Shown: positions 1 to 12,960 of the stretch, piece after piece
Layout: each line of letters starts with the position of its first letter
How positions within the stretch are numbered: the stretch's first letter is position 1
Assembly: GCF_003334405.1 (NCBI RefSeq)
Contig: NZ_QOWM01000011.1
Length of the DNA stretch: 64,000 nucleotides
DNA from: Escherichia coli
GTDB taxonomy: Bacteria > Pseudomonadota > Gammaproteobacteria > Enterobacterales > Enterobacteriaceae
Direction: 5' to 3' (one strand)
Notes under the pieces: generated by a model
The model's database searches: none
Seen by the model: only the letters and a program-made list of their open reading frames with translations
What the model was told of the DNA's origin: nothing
Program-made: the position numbers and the translations under genes

Positions 1-732
1 CGTTGGTGCGCCGAGGAAACCGCTACTGGTTACCGGCGCGCCGGTCGGATCTTCGCTTTTTAGCGTCGAATTACTGACCGGAAGAATGTCACCCTGCGGG
101 CCAGACACTGAACTTGTTCCCGCGCCACCGCTTAAATCGGGAGGTGCAGGCAGGGCGTAAGTCTGTTTGGCGACTGTGGTACAAGCCATACCAGGACCAG
201 AAAGCGAACCATCCTGGGCAACAATAATCGGATCGATACGAACTTTGGTGTTGTTTGACGTGTTAAGACGGTCAGCTGCCGCGCGAGAAAGTGAAATAAC
301 GCGGTCGTTGCCGTAAGGGCCGCGATCATTAATGCGCACCACGATCATTCGCCCGTTAGCCAGGTTAGTGATTCTGGCGTAGCTGGGGATCGGAAGCGTT
401 GGATGGGCTGCCGTCAGCTGTGTCGGATCGAATGCTTCGCCAGAGGCCGTCAGGTTACTGCCGGGTTCGGCATCATAGATTGCCGCCAGTCCCGCCTGGC
501 TAAATCGAGACGGATCCTGCACGATTTTGTAGCTTTTACCGTCGCGCTGGTAATCCTGATTTGCCGTCGCGTTCAGTGGTTCGAAACGCGGGTCCGCCCC
601 GCTAATTTCAACTATAGGGCCGTTACATACCGCAGGCTGCGGTACACTTACCGTCTGTTGCTGACCATCATCGCTTGTACATGCCGCGAGCATTCCTGCC
701 GCGATGCAGATCCCGAGCCACTGCTTACGCAT
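1..732 (-). CDS. rlpA: Septal ring lytic transglycosylase RlpA, N-terminal part only (gene runs off the window start)
   Basis: Reverse-complement translation from ATG at 732 gives MRKQWLGICIAAGMLAACTSDDGQQQ..., recognised as RlpA; not in ORF track because no stop codon lies inside the window; sits downstream of mrdB as expected. Confidence 0.85.
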   Translation of the reverse strand, partial: MRKQWLGICIAAGMLAACTSDDGQQQTVSVPQPAVCNGPIVEISGADPRFEPLNATANQDYQRDGKSYKIVQDPSRFSQAGLAAIYDAEPGSNLTASGEAFDPTQLTAAHPTLPIPSYARITNLANGRMIVVRINDRGPYGNDRVISLSRAAADRLNTSNNTKVRIDPIIVAQDGSLSGPGMACTTVAKQTYALPAPPDLSGGAGTSSVSGPQGDILPVSNSTLKSEDPTGAPVTSSGFLGAPT

Positions 733-742
733 TGCGCACCTC

Positions 743-1855
743 TTACACGCTTTTCGACAACATTTTCCTGTGGGTGTGGATTGACATTACAATCCCGAAC
801 CCAGCCATCAGCACAATTAGCGCCGATCCTCCATAACTGACCAGTGGGAGCGGAACCCCTACAACCGGCAGAATACCGCTTACCATACCAATATTTACGA
901 AGACATAAACGAATAATATCAGCATTAAGCCGCCAGCCATGACGCGACCAAAGGTGGTTTGCGCTCTGGCGGCTATCCACAGCCCGCGCATGATCAGCAG
1001 AATGTAGAGAGCGAGCAGAATCAGAATGCCCACTAATCCCAGCTCTTCCGCCAGTACCGCGAAGATAAAGTCAGTATGGCGTTCGGGGAGAAATTCAAGC
1101 TGTGACTGAGTGCCGTGCAGCCAGCCTTTGCCGCGTAATCCGCCGGAGCCAATAGCAATTTTAGACTGAATAATGTGATAGCCCGCGCCGAGTGGGTCTG
1201 ATTCCGGGTCCAGGAGCATCATTACGCGCTGGCGCTGGTAATCATGCATCAGGAAGAACCACAGAATCGGAATGAACGCCGCTACCAGCACTACTGCGAC
1301 GCCAATCAGACGCCAGCTAAGGCCAGAGAGGAACAGTACAAACAGACCGGAAAGCGCAACGAGGATTGATGTTCCCAGGTCAGGCTGTGCAGCCACCAGC
1401 AGCGTGGGCATAAATATCAGCACCAGCGCGATGCCAGTGTTCTTCAACGATGGCGGGCAAACGTCGCGGTTGATAAAGCGCGCAACCATCAGTGGTACGG
1501 CTATTTTGGCAATTTCCGACGGCTGAAAACGAACAATACCGAGGTCCAGCCAGCGTTGAGCACCTTTAGAGATGGCACCGAAAGCATCTACCGCCACCAG
1601 CAAAATAATACAGATGATATAGAGATAGGGGGCCCAGCCTTCATAAACGCGTGGAGGAATTTGCGCCATCACCACCATGATGACCAGACCCATCGCGATT
1701 TGGCCGATTTTACGCTCCATCATGCCAATATCCTGACCGCTGGCGCTCCAGATAACCAGGGCGCTGTAAACCAGCAATGCCAGTAAGATCAGCAGCATTG
1801 TGGGATCGAGATGGACTTTATCCCAGAATGTTTTTTTATTCGGATTATCCGTCAT
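743..1855 (-). CDS. mrdB: Peptidoglycan glycosyltransferase RodA (SEDS family)
   Basis: ORF track 370 aa, multi-pass membrane protein, recognised RodA sequence and length; immediately downstream of mrdA. Confidence 0.95.
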   Translation of the reverse strand: MTDNPNKKTFWDKVHLDPTMLLILLALLVYSALVIWSASGQDIGMMERKIGQIAMGLVIMVVMAQIPPRVYEGWAPYLYIICIILLVAVDAFGAISKGAQRWLDLGIVRFQPSEIAKIAVPLMVARFINRDVCPPSLKNTGIALVLIFMPTLLVAAQPDLGTSILVALSGLFVLFLSGLSWRLIGVAVVLVAAFIPILWFFLMHDYQRQRVMMLLDPESDPLGAGYHIIQSKIAIGSGGLRGKGWLHGTQSQLEFLPERHTDFIFAVLAEELGLVGILILLALYILLIMRGLWIAARAQTTFGRVMAGGLMLILFVYVFVNIGMVSGILPVVGVPLPLVSYGGSALIVLMAGFGIVMSIHTHRKMLSKSV

Positions 1856-1857
1856 GA

Positions 1858-3759
1858 TTAATGGTCCTCCGCTGCGGCAACCGCTGGATTTTCCGCAGGC
1901 AGATCGGTGTTGTTATCACCCAGCATAATGTGGTCGAGGATCTGGCGCATCAGTGTACCAACCGCCGGACCCGCACCACCGTTCTCCAGAATCATGGCGA
2001 CAGCCACTTGCGGATTGTTGTATGGCGCAAAGGCGGTCATCAGTTTGTGGTCACGTAAACGCTCGGCAATTTTGTGCGCATTATAGGTTTCGTTCGCTTT
2101 CAGACCGAAGACCTGAGCGGTACCGGATTTCGCCGCAATTTTGTACGGTGCGCTAGCAAAGTATTTATGCGCCGTACCGTTAGGGCGGTTAGCAACACCG
2201 TACATACCGTCTTTCGCCAGCTCCCAGTAACCGGAATGAATATCGCCGACGGGCGGTTCATGCGGCTGTACCCATGGCACCTGTTTGCCGTCTTCGGCGG
2301 TGCTCATCAGCAAATGAGGAACCTTCACGATACCGTCATTAATCAGGATCATCAGTGCCTTACTCATCTGGATTGGGGTCGCTGTCCAGTAACCCTGACC
2401 GATACCAACCGGAATGGTGTCACCCTGATACCACGGTTTTTTAAAGCGTTTCTGTTTCCATTCGCGGGTAGGCATGTTGCCGGAACGTTCTTCCGCCAGG
2501 TCGATACCGGTGTAATGACCATAACCGAATTTACCCATCCATTCGGAGAGGCGATCGATCCCCATATCGTAGGCCACCTGATAGAAGAAGGTATCCGCAG
2601 ATTCTTCCAGCGATCTTGTGACATTCAGACGCCCGTGGCCCCATTTTTTCCAGTCACGATAACGTTTTTCCGAACCTGGCAGTTGCCACCAGCCTGGGTC
2701 AAACAGCGTCGTATTGCGCGTGATCACCCCGGCGCTCAATGCCGAAACCGCCACATAGGGTTTAACTGTAGACGCGGGAGGATAAACCCCCTGTGTGGCG
2801 CGGTTCACCAGCGGTGTATTCGGATCGTTCAACAAGGCGGAATAATCTTTGCTGGAGATACCGTCAACAAACAAGTTTGGGTCATAACTAGGCGTGGAAA
2901 CCAGCGCCAGCACCCCACCTGTACGCGGATCGGTGACTACCACAGCTGCGCGGCTACCCGCCAGCAGCGTTTCAATATATTGCTGGAGTTTGAGATCCAG
3001 CGTCAGGTAAATATCGTGTCCGGCTTGCGGTGGTACTTCTTTTAACTGGCGAATAACACGCCCACGGTTGTTAACTTCAACCTCTTCATAACCGGTCTGA
3101 CCGTGCAGCACATCTTCATAGTAACGCTCAATGCCCAGCTTACCGATATCATGCGTTGCCGCATAGTTGGCCAGTTTGCCGTCATTATTCAGGCGTTCGA
3201 CGTCTTTATCGTTGATTTTCGACACATAGCCGATGACGTGGGTCAACGCCGAACCGTAAGGATAGTAACGACGTTTATAGCCTTTAACTTCGACACCCGG
3301 AAAACGGTACTGATTGACGGCAAAGCGAGCTACTTGTACTTCGGTCAGGTTAGTTTTCACCGGAATAGAGGTGAAACGGTGTGAACGTGCGCGCTCTTTT
3401 CGGAATGCAGCAATATCGTCATCGGTCAGATCTACCACGCTGCGCAAAGCGTCCAGCGTTTGCTGCACGTTATCGACTTTCTCCGGCATCATTTCTATCT
3501 GGTAGATAGTGCGGTTGAGGGCCAGAGGGATACCGTTACGATCGTAGATAATGCCGCGGCTGGGCGCGATAGGCACCAGCTTAATGCGGTTTTCATTAGA
3601 GCGGGTCTGGTAGTCGGTAAAGCGAACAATTTGCAGATTATACAGGTTGGCGATAAGCACGCCGGTCAGCAGCAAAATCCCCAAAAAGGCGACCAGCGCC
3701 CGGCGCACAAACAGCGCGGACTCTGCCGTATAGTCGCGAAAAGAGTTCTGTAGTTTCAT
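1858..3759 (-). CDS. mrdA: Penicillin-binding protein 2 (transpeptidase)
   Basis: ORF track 633 aa; N-terminal TM anchor and transpeptidase motifs; length matches PBP2. Confidence 0.95.
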   Translation of the reverse strand: MKLQNSFRDYTAESALFVRRALVAFLGILLLTGVLIANLYNLQIVRFTDYQTRSNENRIKLVPIAPSRGIIYDRNGIPLALNRTIYQIEMMPEKVDNVQQTLDALRSVVDLTDDDIAAFRKERARSHRFTSIPVKTNLTEVQVARFAVNQYRFPGVEVKGYKRRYYPYGSALTHVIGYVSKINDKDVERLNNDGKLANYAATHDIGKLGIERYYEDVLHGQTGYEEVEVNNRGRVIRQLKEVPPQAGHDIYLTLDLKLQQYIETLLAGSRAAVVVTDPRTGGVLALVSTPSYDPNLFVDGISSKDYSALLNDPNTPLVNRATQGVYPPASTVKPYVAVSALSAGVITRNTTLFDPGWWQLPGSEKRYRDWKKWGHGRLNVTRSLEESADTFFYQVAYDMGIDRLSEWMGKFGYGHYTGIDLAEERSGNMPTREWKQKRFKKPWYQGDTIPVGIGQGYWTATPIQMSKALMILINDGIVKVPHLLMSTAEDGKQVPWVQPHEPPVGDIHSGYWELAKDGMYGVANRPNGTAHKYFASAPYKIAAKSGTAQVFGLKANETYNAHKIAERLRDHKLMTAFAPYNNPQVAVAMILENGGAGPAVGTLMRQILDHIMLGDNNTDLPAENPAVAAAEDH

Positions 3760-3789
3760 CCGCTGCGTTTTCTACTCAAAGCTCCCTTA

Positions 3790-4257
3790 TCACTCACGGT
3801 GATAAGGATGGTTGGTGGTGATGCTCCACGCCCGGTACAGACTCTCTGCGACCAGCACGCGAACCAGCGGATGGGGGAGGGTAAGCGCCGACAGCGACCA
3901 GCTCTGCTCAGCCGCCGCTTTACAGGCAGGCGACAACCCTTCAGGCCCGCCAATCAGTAGACTGACGTCGCGACCATCCAGCTTCCAGCGTTCCAGCTCA
4001 GCGGCTAACTGCGGCGTATCCCAGGGCTTGCCTGGAATATCGAGGGTGACAATGCGGTTTTTGCCTGCGGCCGCCAACATCTGCTCACCCTCTTTGTCGA
4101 GTATGCGCTTGATGTCCGCATTCTTGCCGCGTTTTCCGGCCGGAATTTCAATCAGCTCGAAGGGCATATCTTTCGGAAAACGACGCAGGTACTCGGTAAA
4201 ACCGGTTTGTACCCAGTCCGGCATTTTCGTTCCCACGGCGACAAGTTGCAGCTTCAC
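3790..4257 (-). CDS. rlmH: 23S rRNA (pseudouridine1915-N3)-methyltransferase RlmH
   Basis: ORF track 155 aa, recognised RlmH (SPOUT) sequence. Confidence 0.93.
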
Positions 4258-4260
4258 GCA

Positions 4261-4596
<336 letters not shown>

Positions 4597-4837
4597 TCAA
4601 ATAGATAAAAATGGTCTGTCAGTATACCTGAACCAGAGGCGATTTCGGGACAATTGTCGCCGAATCGGCTTTCGAAAGTGGGCTATCATCCCACCCCGCG
4701 CCGCAGATTGCATCGCCATTTTTGTAAAACAATTTCTACAAAGTCGTGTCTGGCGGAAAAAGTCTGGCTGCGGAGAATATCAGCCTGCCCGGGTCTGTCA
4801 ATGGTCGTTGCGGCTTACCCGTAAAAAAACAGAAAAG

Positions 4838-5449
4838 TCATGCATTCTCGACCCCGATGGCACGGCTATTGAGGACGCGTAGCGTCGCGAATTTTTGGTT
4901 GATATCAATGGCGCTCCAACACCCCTGGTCAACGCGAAAATGCCACATAGCCTCGGCAGGCATGCCAATTAAACGGGCGATTAACAGACTCAGTACACCC
5001 TGATGGCTGACGACTAAAATATTCTGATAGTGCTGAAATTCACTAAGCCTTGCGATAAAGCGTTCCACACGTTGCGAAAATGCCTGAAATCCTTCACCGT
5101 TCGTGGGGATTGCATGCTGCCAGTCATTGCACCACGCGCTATAGTTTTCGGCATCTTCTTGCATGAGGTCGCGATGATGTCGCATCTCCCAGTCGCCAAA
5201 AAACATTTCGTTGAGTTCAGGTATGATTTGCACGGGGAGCTGGCGGTCACTGAGAACCAGTCGCGCGGTATGCTGTGCCCGTTCCAGTTCACTGCATAAA
5301 ACCAGATCAAAGGAAACACCATGTAGCAGCGTATGCAGATTTTGCGCTTGCTCAATACCGCGCGCGGTCAGGGGGGTGGGCGCATGACCGCTGTAAAGAC
5401 CATCGATATTCGCTTGCGTTTCACCATGACGAATTAACCACAGTCGCAT
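4838..5449 (-). CDS. cobC: Adenosylcobalamin/alpha-ribazole phosphatase (histidine phosphatase family)
   Basis: ORF track 4838..5452 (204 aa); RHGET phosphohistidine motif; start placed at the second Met (MRLWLIRHG) from memory of the 203-aa protein. Confidence 0.88.
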   Translation of the reverse strand: MRLWLIRHGETQANIDGLYSGHAPTPLTARGIEQAQNLHTLLHGVSFDLVLCSELERAQHTARLVLSDRQLPVQIIPELNEMFFGDWEMRHHRDLMQEDAENYSAWCNDWQHAIPTNGEGFQAFSQRVERFIARLSEFQHYQNILVVSHQGVLSLLIARLIGMPAEAMWHFRVDQGCWSAIDINQKFATLRVLNSRAIGVENA

Positions 5450-5472
5450 CATGCCCTCCGTAACGACAGGTA

Positions 5473-6114
5473 TCAGCGATACAAGCCTTGTTGGTTAATG
5501 TAAGTCAGTACCGGTTCCGGCAATAAATCCTCACATGATTCACCGTTTTGCAAACGTTCGCGGATGATGGTCGCCGAGATGTTAAACCACGGCGTTTCAG
5601 CCAGATAAATTTTACCGGCAGGCTGAAGGTGAAGATCTTCCGGGTTATGTGTCAAATGATCTTCCAGCCATTGCTGGTATTGCGGTTGCGCCATTTCAAG
5701 TGGGTAACCTGGACGCCGACAGACGATCAAATGTGCATTGTCGAGTATCGTTTCGTATTCGTACCAGGTCGGAAAGGTCAGCAGTGAATCCTGACCAATA
5801 ATAAACGCCAGCGGCACGTCCGGTCCTTGTTCCTGCCGCCACTCTTTCAGTGTTTGCGCAGTGTAAGAGGGGGCATTGCGCTTTAGCTCGCGTTCATCAA
5901 GAGTAAATAATGGCTTGTCGGCAATCGCCAGTTCAAGCATGTGTTTACGCTGCACGCTGTTCGCTTCCGGCTGGGGACGATGCGGAGGAACATTATTAGG
6001 GATGATTGTGACCCGCGTCAGACCAATCAAATTCGCCAGCGTTTCCACGGGTTTTAGATGACCATAGTGCACCGGATCAAAGGTGCCGCCAAACAGAGCC
6101 TGTAAAGATTTCAT
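5473..6114 (-). CDS. nadD: Nicotinate-nucleotide adenylyltransferase
   Basis: ORF track 213 aa; [11 protein letters not shown] nucleotidyltransferase motif. Confidence 0.93.
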
Positions 6115-6115
6115 A

Positions 6116-7147
6116 TCAACCGTCGATAAATACGTCCGCCAGGGGTTTATGGCACAACAGAAGAGATAACCCTTCCAGCTCTGCCCACACTGACTGACCG
6201 TAATCTTGTTTGAGGGTGAGTTCCGTTCGTGTCAGGAGTTGCACGGCCTGACGTAACTGCGTCTGACTTAAGCGATTTAACGCCTCGCCCATCATGCCCC
6301 GGCGGTTCTGCCATACCCGATGCTTATCAAACAACGCACGCAGTGGCGTATGGGCAGACTGGCGTTTCAGGTTAACCAGTAACAACAGTTCACGTTGTAA
6401 TGTGCGCAACAAAATAACCGGTTCGCTGCCTTCCAGACGCAGTTGCTGAAGAATATGCAATGCGCGCTTACTTTTTCCCATCAACAAAGCATCAACCCAA
6501 TGAAAAGGGGTGAAATGCGCGGCATCATTCACCGCCTGTTCAACGCGCGGTAATGTCAATTTGCCGTCTGGCCAGAGCAGCGATAAACGCTCCAGTGCCT
6601 GAGCCAGCGCCAGCAGGTTACCTTCATAACAGTAGCAGAGCACCTGATTTGCCGCGTCATCCAGTTCTAAGTTGAGCTGTTTTGCGCGCGCAGCAACCCA
6701 GCGGGGAAGCTGAGCCTGCTCCGGTGTCTGACAGGTCACCTGCACGCTGCGATTCGCAAGCGCAGTAAACCAGGCGGCATTTTCTTGCGCTTTGCTTAAT
6801 TTATTACCGCGGACGATCAACAGCAGGTCGTCATGCAGAAGTCCGGTGAGTGTGAGAAGTTGCTCATTGATCGCCGCATTCGGTCCGTTTTCTGGTAACA
6901 ACAGCAATAGCGTTTGTCGACTGGCAAACAGACTCATAGCCTGGCATAACGAAAAGATCGCATTCCAGTCAGTGTTGGGATCAATGGAAAAAGTGTGGTG
7001 TTCTTCGAATCCTTGTGCCGCAGCTACCTGACGAACAGCGTCCTGGCTTTCCTGCAATAACAGAGGATCGTTACCAAGTAAAAGATACGCCGCGCGCAGC
7101 CCTTCATTGAGCTGCGCGCGGAGTTGTTCCGGGTACAACCGAATCAT
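6116..7147 (-). CDS. holA: DNA polymerase III delta subunit
   Basis: ORF track 343 aa, recognised HolA sequence; follows lptE with 1-nt overlap. Confidence 0.92.
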
Positions 7148-7728
7148 CAGTTACCCAGCGTGGTGGAGACGCGTGCAGGCGTTGCCGGAGTATCCGTTGT
7201 GGTCGACGTCTGTTCTTCGTCGGAACGAATATCCGCAGCACGGATGCTTGGCAGCTTACGAATCAGCTGTTCGGCAGCACGGTCGTACATCTCTTTTACG
7301 ATCATGTCTTGTTCGTTATCTTTCGCTAACGCCATTTGCGGGTTATCGAAGAACGAACGGAAGACTTTGGCGCTAATCGGGTAGATATCACGGCCGGGGA
7401 TCAACACGGTCGCATTAACCGTCATGATCATCTGATACTCTGCTGTTTGACCGTTACGGAATACCGATGCGGTATCTTTCGCGATGCTCACTTTACCCAA
7501 ACGCAAGGATGGAACGTCCTTACGCGTGGTTTCTTTATCAAGCAACTCGACACCATTCAGACGTAACTGGTTACGCACCGCACGGCTTAATGGCCCGTTC
7601 GGATCGCCTGAGTCCAGGATCATGACCTTCATAGTGGAAGGAACCTGCGTGGTATCACGCAGATGCCAGCCACACCCGGCGGTGATTAACACCGCCAGAG
7701 ATAACAACAATGTTGCCAGATATCGCAC
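7147..7728 (-). CDS. lptE: LPS-assembly lipoprotein LptE
   Basis: ORF track 193 aa; lipobox LITAGC near N-terminus; directly downstream of leuS. Confidence 0.93.
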
Positions 7729-7742
7729 GCTTCCTCCCGCGC

Positions 7743-10325
7743 TTAGCCAACGACCAGATTGAGGAGTTTACCTGGTACGTAAATCACTTTACGTACAGTA
7801 ACGCCATCAAGATATTTTGCTACCAGATGTTCCTGGCCAGCACGTTCGCGAACCTGTTCTTCCGTTGCGTCCACCGGAACGGTGATTTTGGCACGGACTT
7901 TACCGTTAACCTGCACCACGACCAGCGTGGAGTCTTCCACCATCGCTTTTTCGTCAGCAACCGGCCACGGCGCGTTGTCGATATCGCCTTCGCCTTTCAG
8001 TTCCTGCCACAGCGTGAAGCAGATGTGCGGGGTGAACGGGTTAAGCATACGGACAACGGCCAGCAGTGCTTCCTGCATCAGAGCGCGATCCTGCTCGCCA
8101 TCGGTTGGTGCTTTCGCCAGTTTGTTCATCAGCTCCATAATCGCCGCAATTGCGGTGTTGAAGGTCTGACGACGGCCGATATCATCGGTCACTTTAGCGA
8201 TCGTTTTATGCACATCGCGACGCAGCGCTTTCTGATTTTCAGTCAGCGCATCAACGTTCAGTGCCGCAACATCACCTTTTGCTGTGTGCTCGTAAACCAG
8301 TTTCCAGACACGTTTCAGGAAGCGGTTAGCCCCTTCCACACCGGATTCCTGCCATTCGAGAGTCATATCAGCCGGAGAAGCAAACATCATAAACAGACGA
8401 ACGGTGTCCGCGCCGTAACGTTCAACCATCACCTGCGGGTCGATACCGTTGTTCTTCGACTTGGACATTTTGCTCATGCCGGTATAAACCAGTTCATGGC
8501 CTGCCGCATCTTTCGCTTTCACGATACGGCCTTTCTCGTCACGTTCAACGATAGCATCAACCGGGGAAACCCAGTTACGTTCGCCGTTTTCGCCAACATA
8601 GTAGAAGGCATCTGCCAGCACCATACCCTGACACAGCAACTGTTTCGCTGGTTCGTCAGAGTTCACCATGCCTGCATCACGCATCAGTTTGTGGAAGAAG
8701 CGGAAGTAGAGCAGGTGCATAATGGCGTGTTCAATACCACCAATGTAGATATCCACCGGCAGCCAGTAGTTAGCCGCTTCGGAATCCAGCATACCTTCTT
8801 TGTACTGCGGGCAAGTGTAGCGCGCATAGTACCAGGAGGACTCCATAAAGGTGTCGAAAGTGTCGGTTTCACGCAGTGCTGGCATACCGTTAACGGTAGT
8901 TTTCGCCCACTCCGGATCTGCTTTAATCGGGCTGGTAATGCCGTCCATTACCACATCTTCCGGCAGGATCACCGGCAGCTGGTCGTCCGGGGTCGGCATT
9001 ACGGTACCGTCTTCCAGCGTCACCATCGGAATCGGCGCGCCCCAGTAACGCTGACGGGAAACACCCCAGTCGCGCAGGCGGTAGTTCACTTTACGCTCGC
9101 CAACGCCCATCGCAGTCAGTTTATCGGCGATGGCGTTGAAGGCCGCTTCATGGTCAAGACCGTTGAACTCGCCAGAGTTGAACAGCACGCCTTTTTCAGT
9201 CAGGGCTTGCTGAGAAAGATCTGGCTCAGAGCCGTCAGCTGCCAGGATAACCGGTTTGATGTTCAGGCCGTATTTAGAGGCAAACTCGTAGTCGCGCTGG
9301 TCGTGCCCCGGTACCGCCATAACTGCGCCCGTGCCGTACTCCATCAATACGAAGTTTGCTGCCCAAACGGGAATTTCTTCGCCCGTTAATGGGTGAACCG
9401 CTTTAAAGCCAGTATCGACGCCTTTTTTCTCCATCGTCGCCATTTCAGCTTCGGCAACTTTGGTGTTACGGCATTCGTCAATAAAGGCCGCCAGTTCAGG
9501 ATTATTTTCCGCCGCTTTCTGCGCCAGCGGATGACCCGCAGCTACCGCCAGGTAGGTACAACCCATAAAGGTGTCCGGGCGGGTAGTGTAAACGGTCAGC
9601 GTGTTGTCATAGTCGTTAACGTTGAAGGTGATCTCCACGCCTTCGGAACGACCGATCCAGTTACGCTGCATGGTTTTAACGGTGTCTGGCCAGTGATCCA
9701 GTTTATCCAGATCGTTGAGCAGCTCGTCAGCGTAAGCAGTGATTTTGATAAACCACTGCGGGATCTCTTTACGTTCAACTTTAGTATCGCAGCGCCAGCA
9801 GCAGCCGTCGATAACTTGTTCGTTCGCCAGTACGGTCTGGTCGTTCGGGCACCAGTTGACCGCAGAAGTCTTCTTATATACCAGGCCTTTTTTATACAGC
9901 TCGGTGAAGAATTTCTGTTCCCAACGGTAGTATTCCGGCGTACAGGTTGCCAGCTCGCGGCTCCAGTCATAACCAAAGCCCAGCATTTTGAGCTGGTTTT
10001 TCATATACGCGATGTTGTCGTACGTCCACGGTGCCGGAGCGGTGTTGTTTTTCACCGCCGCGCCTTCCGCAGGCAGACCAAACGCGTCCCAGCCGATCGG
10101 CTGCAGGACGTTTTTGCCCAGCATACGCTGGTAGCGGGCGATCACGTCACCGATGGTGTAGTTACGTACGTGGCCCATGTGTAGTCGACCAGAAGGATAG
10201 GGAAGCATAGACAGGCAGTAATACTTCTCTTTGCTCTCGTCTTCGGTTACTTCAAATGTGCGCTTCTCATCCCAATGAAGCTGTACTTTGGATTCTATCT
10301 CTTCCGGGCGGTATTGCTCTTGCAT
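7743..10325 (-). CDS. leuS: Leucyl-tRNA synthetase
   Basis: ORF track 7743..10466 (907 aa); HMGH and KMSKS class I motifs; start placed at internal Met ([15 protein letters not shown]) giving 860 aa, matching recalled LeuS length. Confidence 0.93.
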
Positions 10326-10559
10326 GGCAGCCAGTGGTCCTGTTTTCAATACGGCTACAAATGTAGCGTTGAGGTGGTTTTTCAGATCCGCATAGCATAG
10401 CCCAAACGTCCGCGTCAAAACAGCCTTTCGCGCACTCGACGTTGAAATGATGCCCGGATTATTCATACATTAATTTACAGAGTTTGTGGGCGTATTAGCA
10501 AAGCAAGGAACAAAGAACGTCTATTATTATAGTCAGTTAACGACCCGGGAGATGAAACG

Positions 10560-11042
10560 ATGAACAAGGTTGCTCAATATTACCGTGAACTGGTTGCGTC
10601 ACTGAGCGAACGCCTGCGCAATGGCGAACGTGATATCGACGCACTGGTGGAACAGGCGCGCGAGCGCGTAATAAAAACAGGGGAGTTAACGCGAACCGAG
10701 GTCGATGAGCTGACGCGAGCTGTCAGACGTGACCTGGAAGAGTTCGCCATGAGCTATGAAGAGAGCCTGAAAGAAGAATCTGACAGCGTCTTTATGCGGG
10801 TGATTAAAGAAAGCTTGTGGCAGGAGCTGGCAGACATCACCGATAAAACGCAGCTTGAATGGCGCGAAGTTTTCCAGGACCTCAATCATCATGGGGTTTA
10901 TCACAGCGGAGAAGTGGTCGGGCTGGGAAATCTGGTCTGCGAGAAATGTCACTTCCATCTCCCGATCTACACACCGGAAGTGCTGACGCTATGCCCGAAA
11001 TGTGGTCATGACCAGTTCCAGAGACGCCCGTTTGAGCCGTAA
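10560..11042 (+). CDS. ybeL: YbeL, DUF1451-family protein with C-terminal CxxC...CxxC zinc-ribbon
   Basis: ORF track 160 aa; paired cysteine motifs CEKC...CPKC. Confidence 0.88.
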   Translation: MNKVAQYYRELVASLSERLRNGERDIDALVEQARERVIKTGELTRTEVDELTRAVRRDLEEFAMSYEESLKEESDSVFMRVIKESLWQELADITDKTQLEWREVFQDLNHHGVYHSGEVVGLGNLVCEKCHFHLPIYTPEVLTLCPKCGHDQFQRRPFEP

Positions 11043-11075
11043 TAGTCTGATTTCGCACAGCAATAAAGAGAATAT

Positions 11076-11108
11076 GGGCCGAATGAAATTCCCCGGCCCT
11101 TGTTTTTA
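11076..11108 (+). terminator. Putative intrinsic terminator downstream of ybeL
   Basis: Hairpin gggccg(11076-81)/cggccc(11094-99) followed by T-rich run ttgttttta. Confidence 0.55.
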
Positions 11109-11111
11109 TCT

Positions 11112-12095
11112 CTACAGTAAATCTTCAGTCTCACGAATTTCCTGACTGACATCTCTGGTTCCGGATGACTGAACTTTACGATACAGGTCGAGAGCCTGTC
11201 GGAGATCGACAGGTCTTCCTTCTCCGTAGTGATACATAATGGCCAGGTTATACCAGGCAGTGGCGTCATTGCATTCAGCGGCTTTCGTAAACCATTCAAA
11301 GGCAGCCTGATAATCTTTCTCAACGCCTTGTCCGTGTTTATACATATAACCGATGTTGACGTAAGCGCCGACGCTCCCCTGAGCGGCAGCCTTCAGATAC
11401 CAGTACATCGCTTGCTTATAGTCCTGGTCCACCCCTTCGCCAGCGTTATAATCCCATGCAATTTGAAACTGGGCGTGCCGATTACCCTGCTGTGCGCTTT
11501 TCAAATACCAGAATGCGGCGAGTGTCTTGTTTTGAGCAACGCCTTTTCCGTCTTCATAAAGATCGGCCAGATTGTTTTGCGCGTCACTATGGCCTTGTAA
11601 TGCAGCTTGTTTGTACCAGAAAAATGCCAGCGCATAGTCTTTTGCGACTCCGTTGCCATTTCTGTACATCCACCCAAGATTATTTTGCGCATAAGACATT
11701 CCGCTCTCCGCGGCTATCTGATACCAGACAACCGCTTCTTTATAATTGGGGGCTTCTCCACGATCCAGTGTCCAGCCAAGGGCGTTGGAAGCGAAAGTAT
11801 GGCCTTGTAGGGCAGCTTTTTTCAGCCAGAAGATGGCTTGCTCATTATCTTTATGACGGCTTTTATCCTCGGTATACTTTTGCCCTAAGGAATACTGTGC
11901 TTCACAATGACCTTGCTCAGCGGCCAGCTTCAGCCAGTAAAAGGCTTTTTCGTCGTCCGGAGAATCAATTGCGCTATCGCGATTATAATAAAACCCAACA
12001 ATATATTGAGCCTCGCAATCGCCTTTTTCAGCACGTTCGATAATCTCATCTATTGATAAATTATCGCAGCAACTTGACGTGAAAATCATTATCAT
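11112..12095 (-). CDS. ybeQ: Sel1-like repeat (SLR/TPR-like) protein YbeQ, no signal peptide
   Basis: ORF track 327 aa; repeated A..W...AA.QG...AQ..LG..Y..G.GV motifs; true start may be 2 codons downstream. Confidence 0.88.
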   Translation of the reverse strand: MIMIFTSSCCDNLSIDEIIERAEKGDCEAQYIVGFYYNRDSAIDSPDDEKAFYWLKLAAEQGHCEAQYSLGQKYTEDKSRHKDNEQAIFWLKKAALQGHTFASNALGWTLDRGEAPNYKEAVVWYQIAAESGMSYAQNNLGWMYRNGNGVAKDYALAFFWYKQAALQGHSDAQNNLADLYEDGKGVAQNKTLAAFWYLKSAQQGNRHAQFQIAWDYNAGEGVDQDYKQAMYWYLKAAAQGSVGAYVNIGYMYKHGQGVEKDYQAAFEWFTKAAECNDATAWYNLAIMYHYGEGRPVDLRQALDLYRKVQSSGTRDVSQEIRETEDLL

Positions 12096-12252
12096 TTCCT
12101 TATGGTTGCAGATAAAACATATTATATTTTTATGTGTTCCATTTTTGCGTAAGCCTTATTTTATGCGTATTATGTCGCGTCAGAAAAGTATAAATAAACG
12201 AGCCTCGCAATGCGGCTAATATTCATTTAATGAATATTTAAGGATAAATTAT

Positions 12253-12960
12253 ATGGACATGGAGTCGCAAAAAATATTGTTTGCACTTTCCACTCCGATG
12301 GAAATACGCAATGAATGCTGTTTACCTTCGCATTCATCACCCAAAATGTATTTAGGTACATGCTTTTTTGACCTTTCTTCCTCATGGGGAATTGATGACC
12401 GTGATGACCTGCTGCGCACAATTCACCGAATGATCGATAACGGTCATGCCGCTCGGTTGGCAGGGTTTTATCACCGCTGGTTTCGTTATTCGCCATGTGA
12501 ATGGCGTGACTATCTTGCTGAACTAAATGAGCAAGGTCAGGCTTATGCGCAATTTGTCGCCAGCACCGCCGAATGCTGTGGCGAAGGGGGAATCAAAGCC
12601 TGGGATTATGTCCGGATGGGTTTTTTAAGCCGAATGGGCGTACTTAATAACTGGTTGAGCGAAGAAGAAAGTCTATGGATCCAGTCGCGCATTCATCTAC
12701 GGGCTCTACGTTATTATAGTAACTGGCGGCAATACTTTGCCGGTTATACCTTTGGTCGGCAATATTGGCAGTCTCCCGAAGATGATCATCTGCCTTTATT
12801 ACGCGAATTCTTAGCGCGTAAAGAATACGACGATTCCGGCAATGATATGTTTTATCAATTATTTGCCAGTGATGATGCGTATTACCCTACCTTGTCCTGG
12901 CAACCATTGGCTTACTATTCTGCATGCCCGGAAACGCTTAAGGATATGAGCGACCTATGA
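12253..12960 (+). CDS. ybeR: DUF1266-family protein YbeR
   Basis: ORF track 235 aa; clear paralog of the ORF at 15050..15757; stop overlaps djlB start (ATGA). Confidence 0.9.

Noticed and set aside
2074-3045. Plus-strand 323-aa ORF antisense to mrdA
   Set aside because: Embedded in mrdA; composition typical of a spurious antisense frame.
7710-10184. Long plus-strand ORFs (7710..9389, 559 aa; 9393..10184, 263 aa) antisense to leuS
   Set aside because: They lie entirely inside the well-recognised leuS gene on the opposite strand and are rich in R/H/Q/F with low-complexity runs typical of antisense frames of GC-rich genes; no RBS or start context noted.
10326-10466. 47-codon in-frame N-terminal extension of leuS in the ORF track (and analogous extensions for rihA, gltI, asnB, fldA, seqA, pgm, kdpA, kdpC, kdpD, ybfE)
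   Set aside because: The ORF track reports the most upstream in-frame ATG; the internal Met gives the protein length I recall for each gene, so the extensions were treated as untranslated leader.
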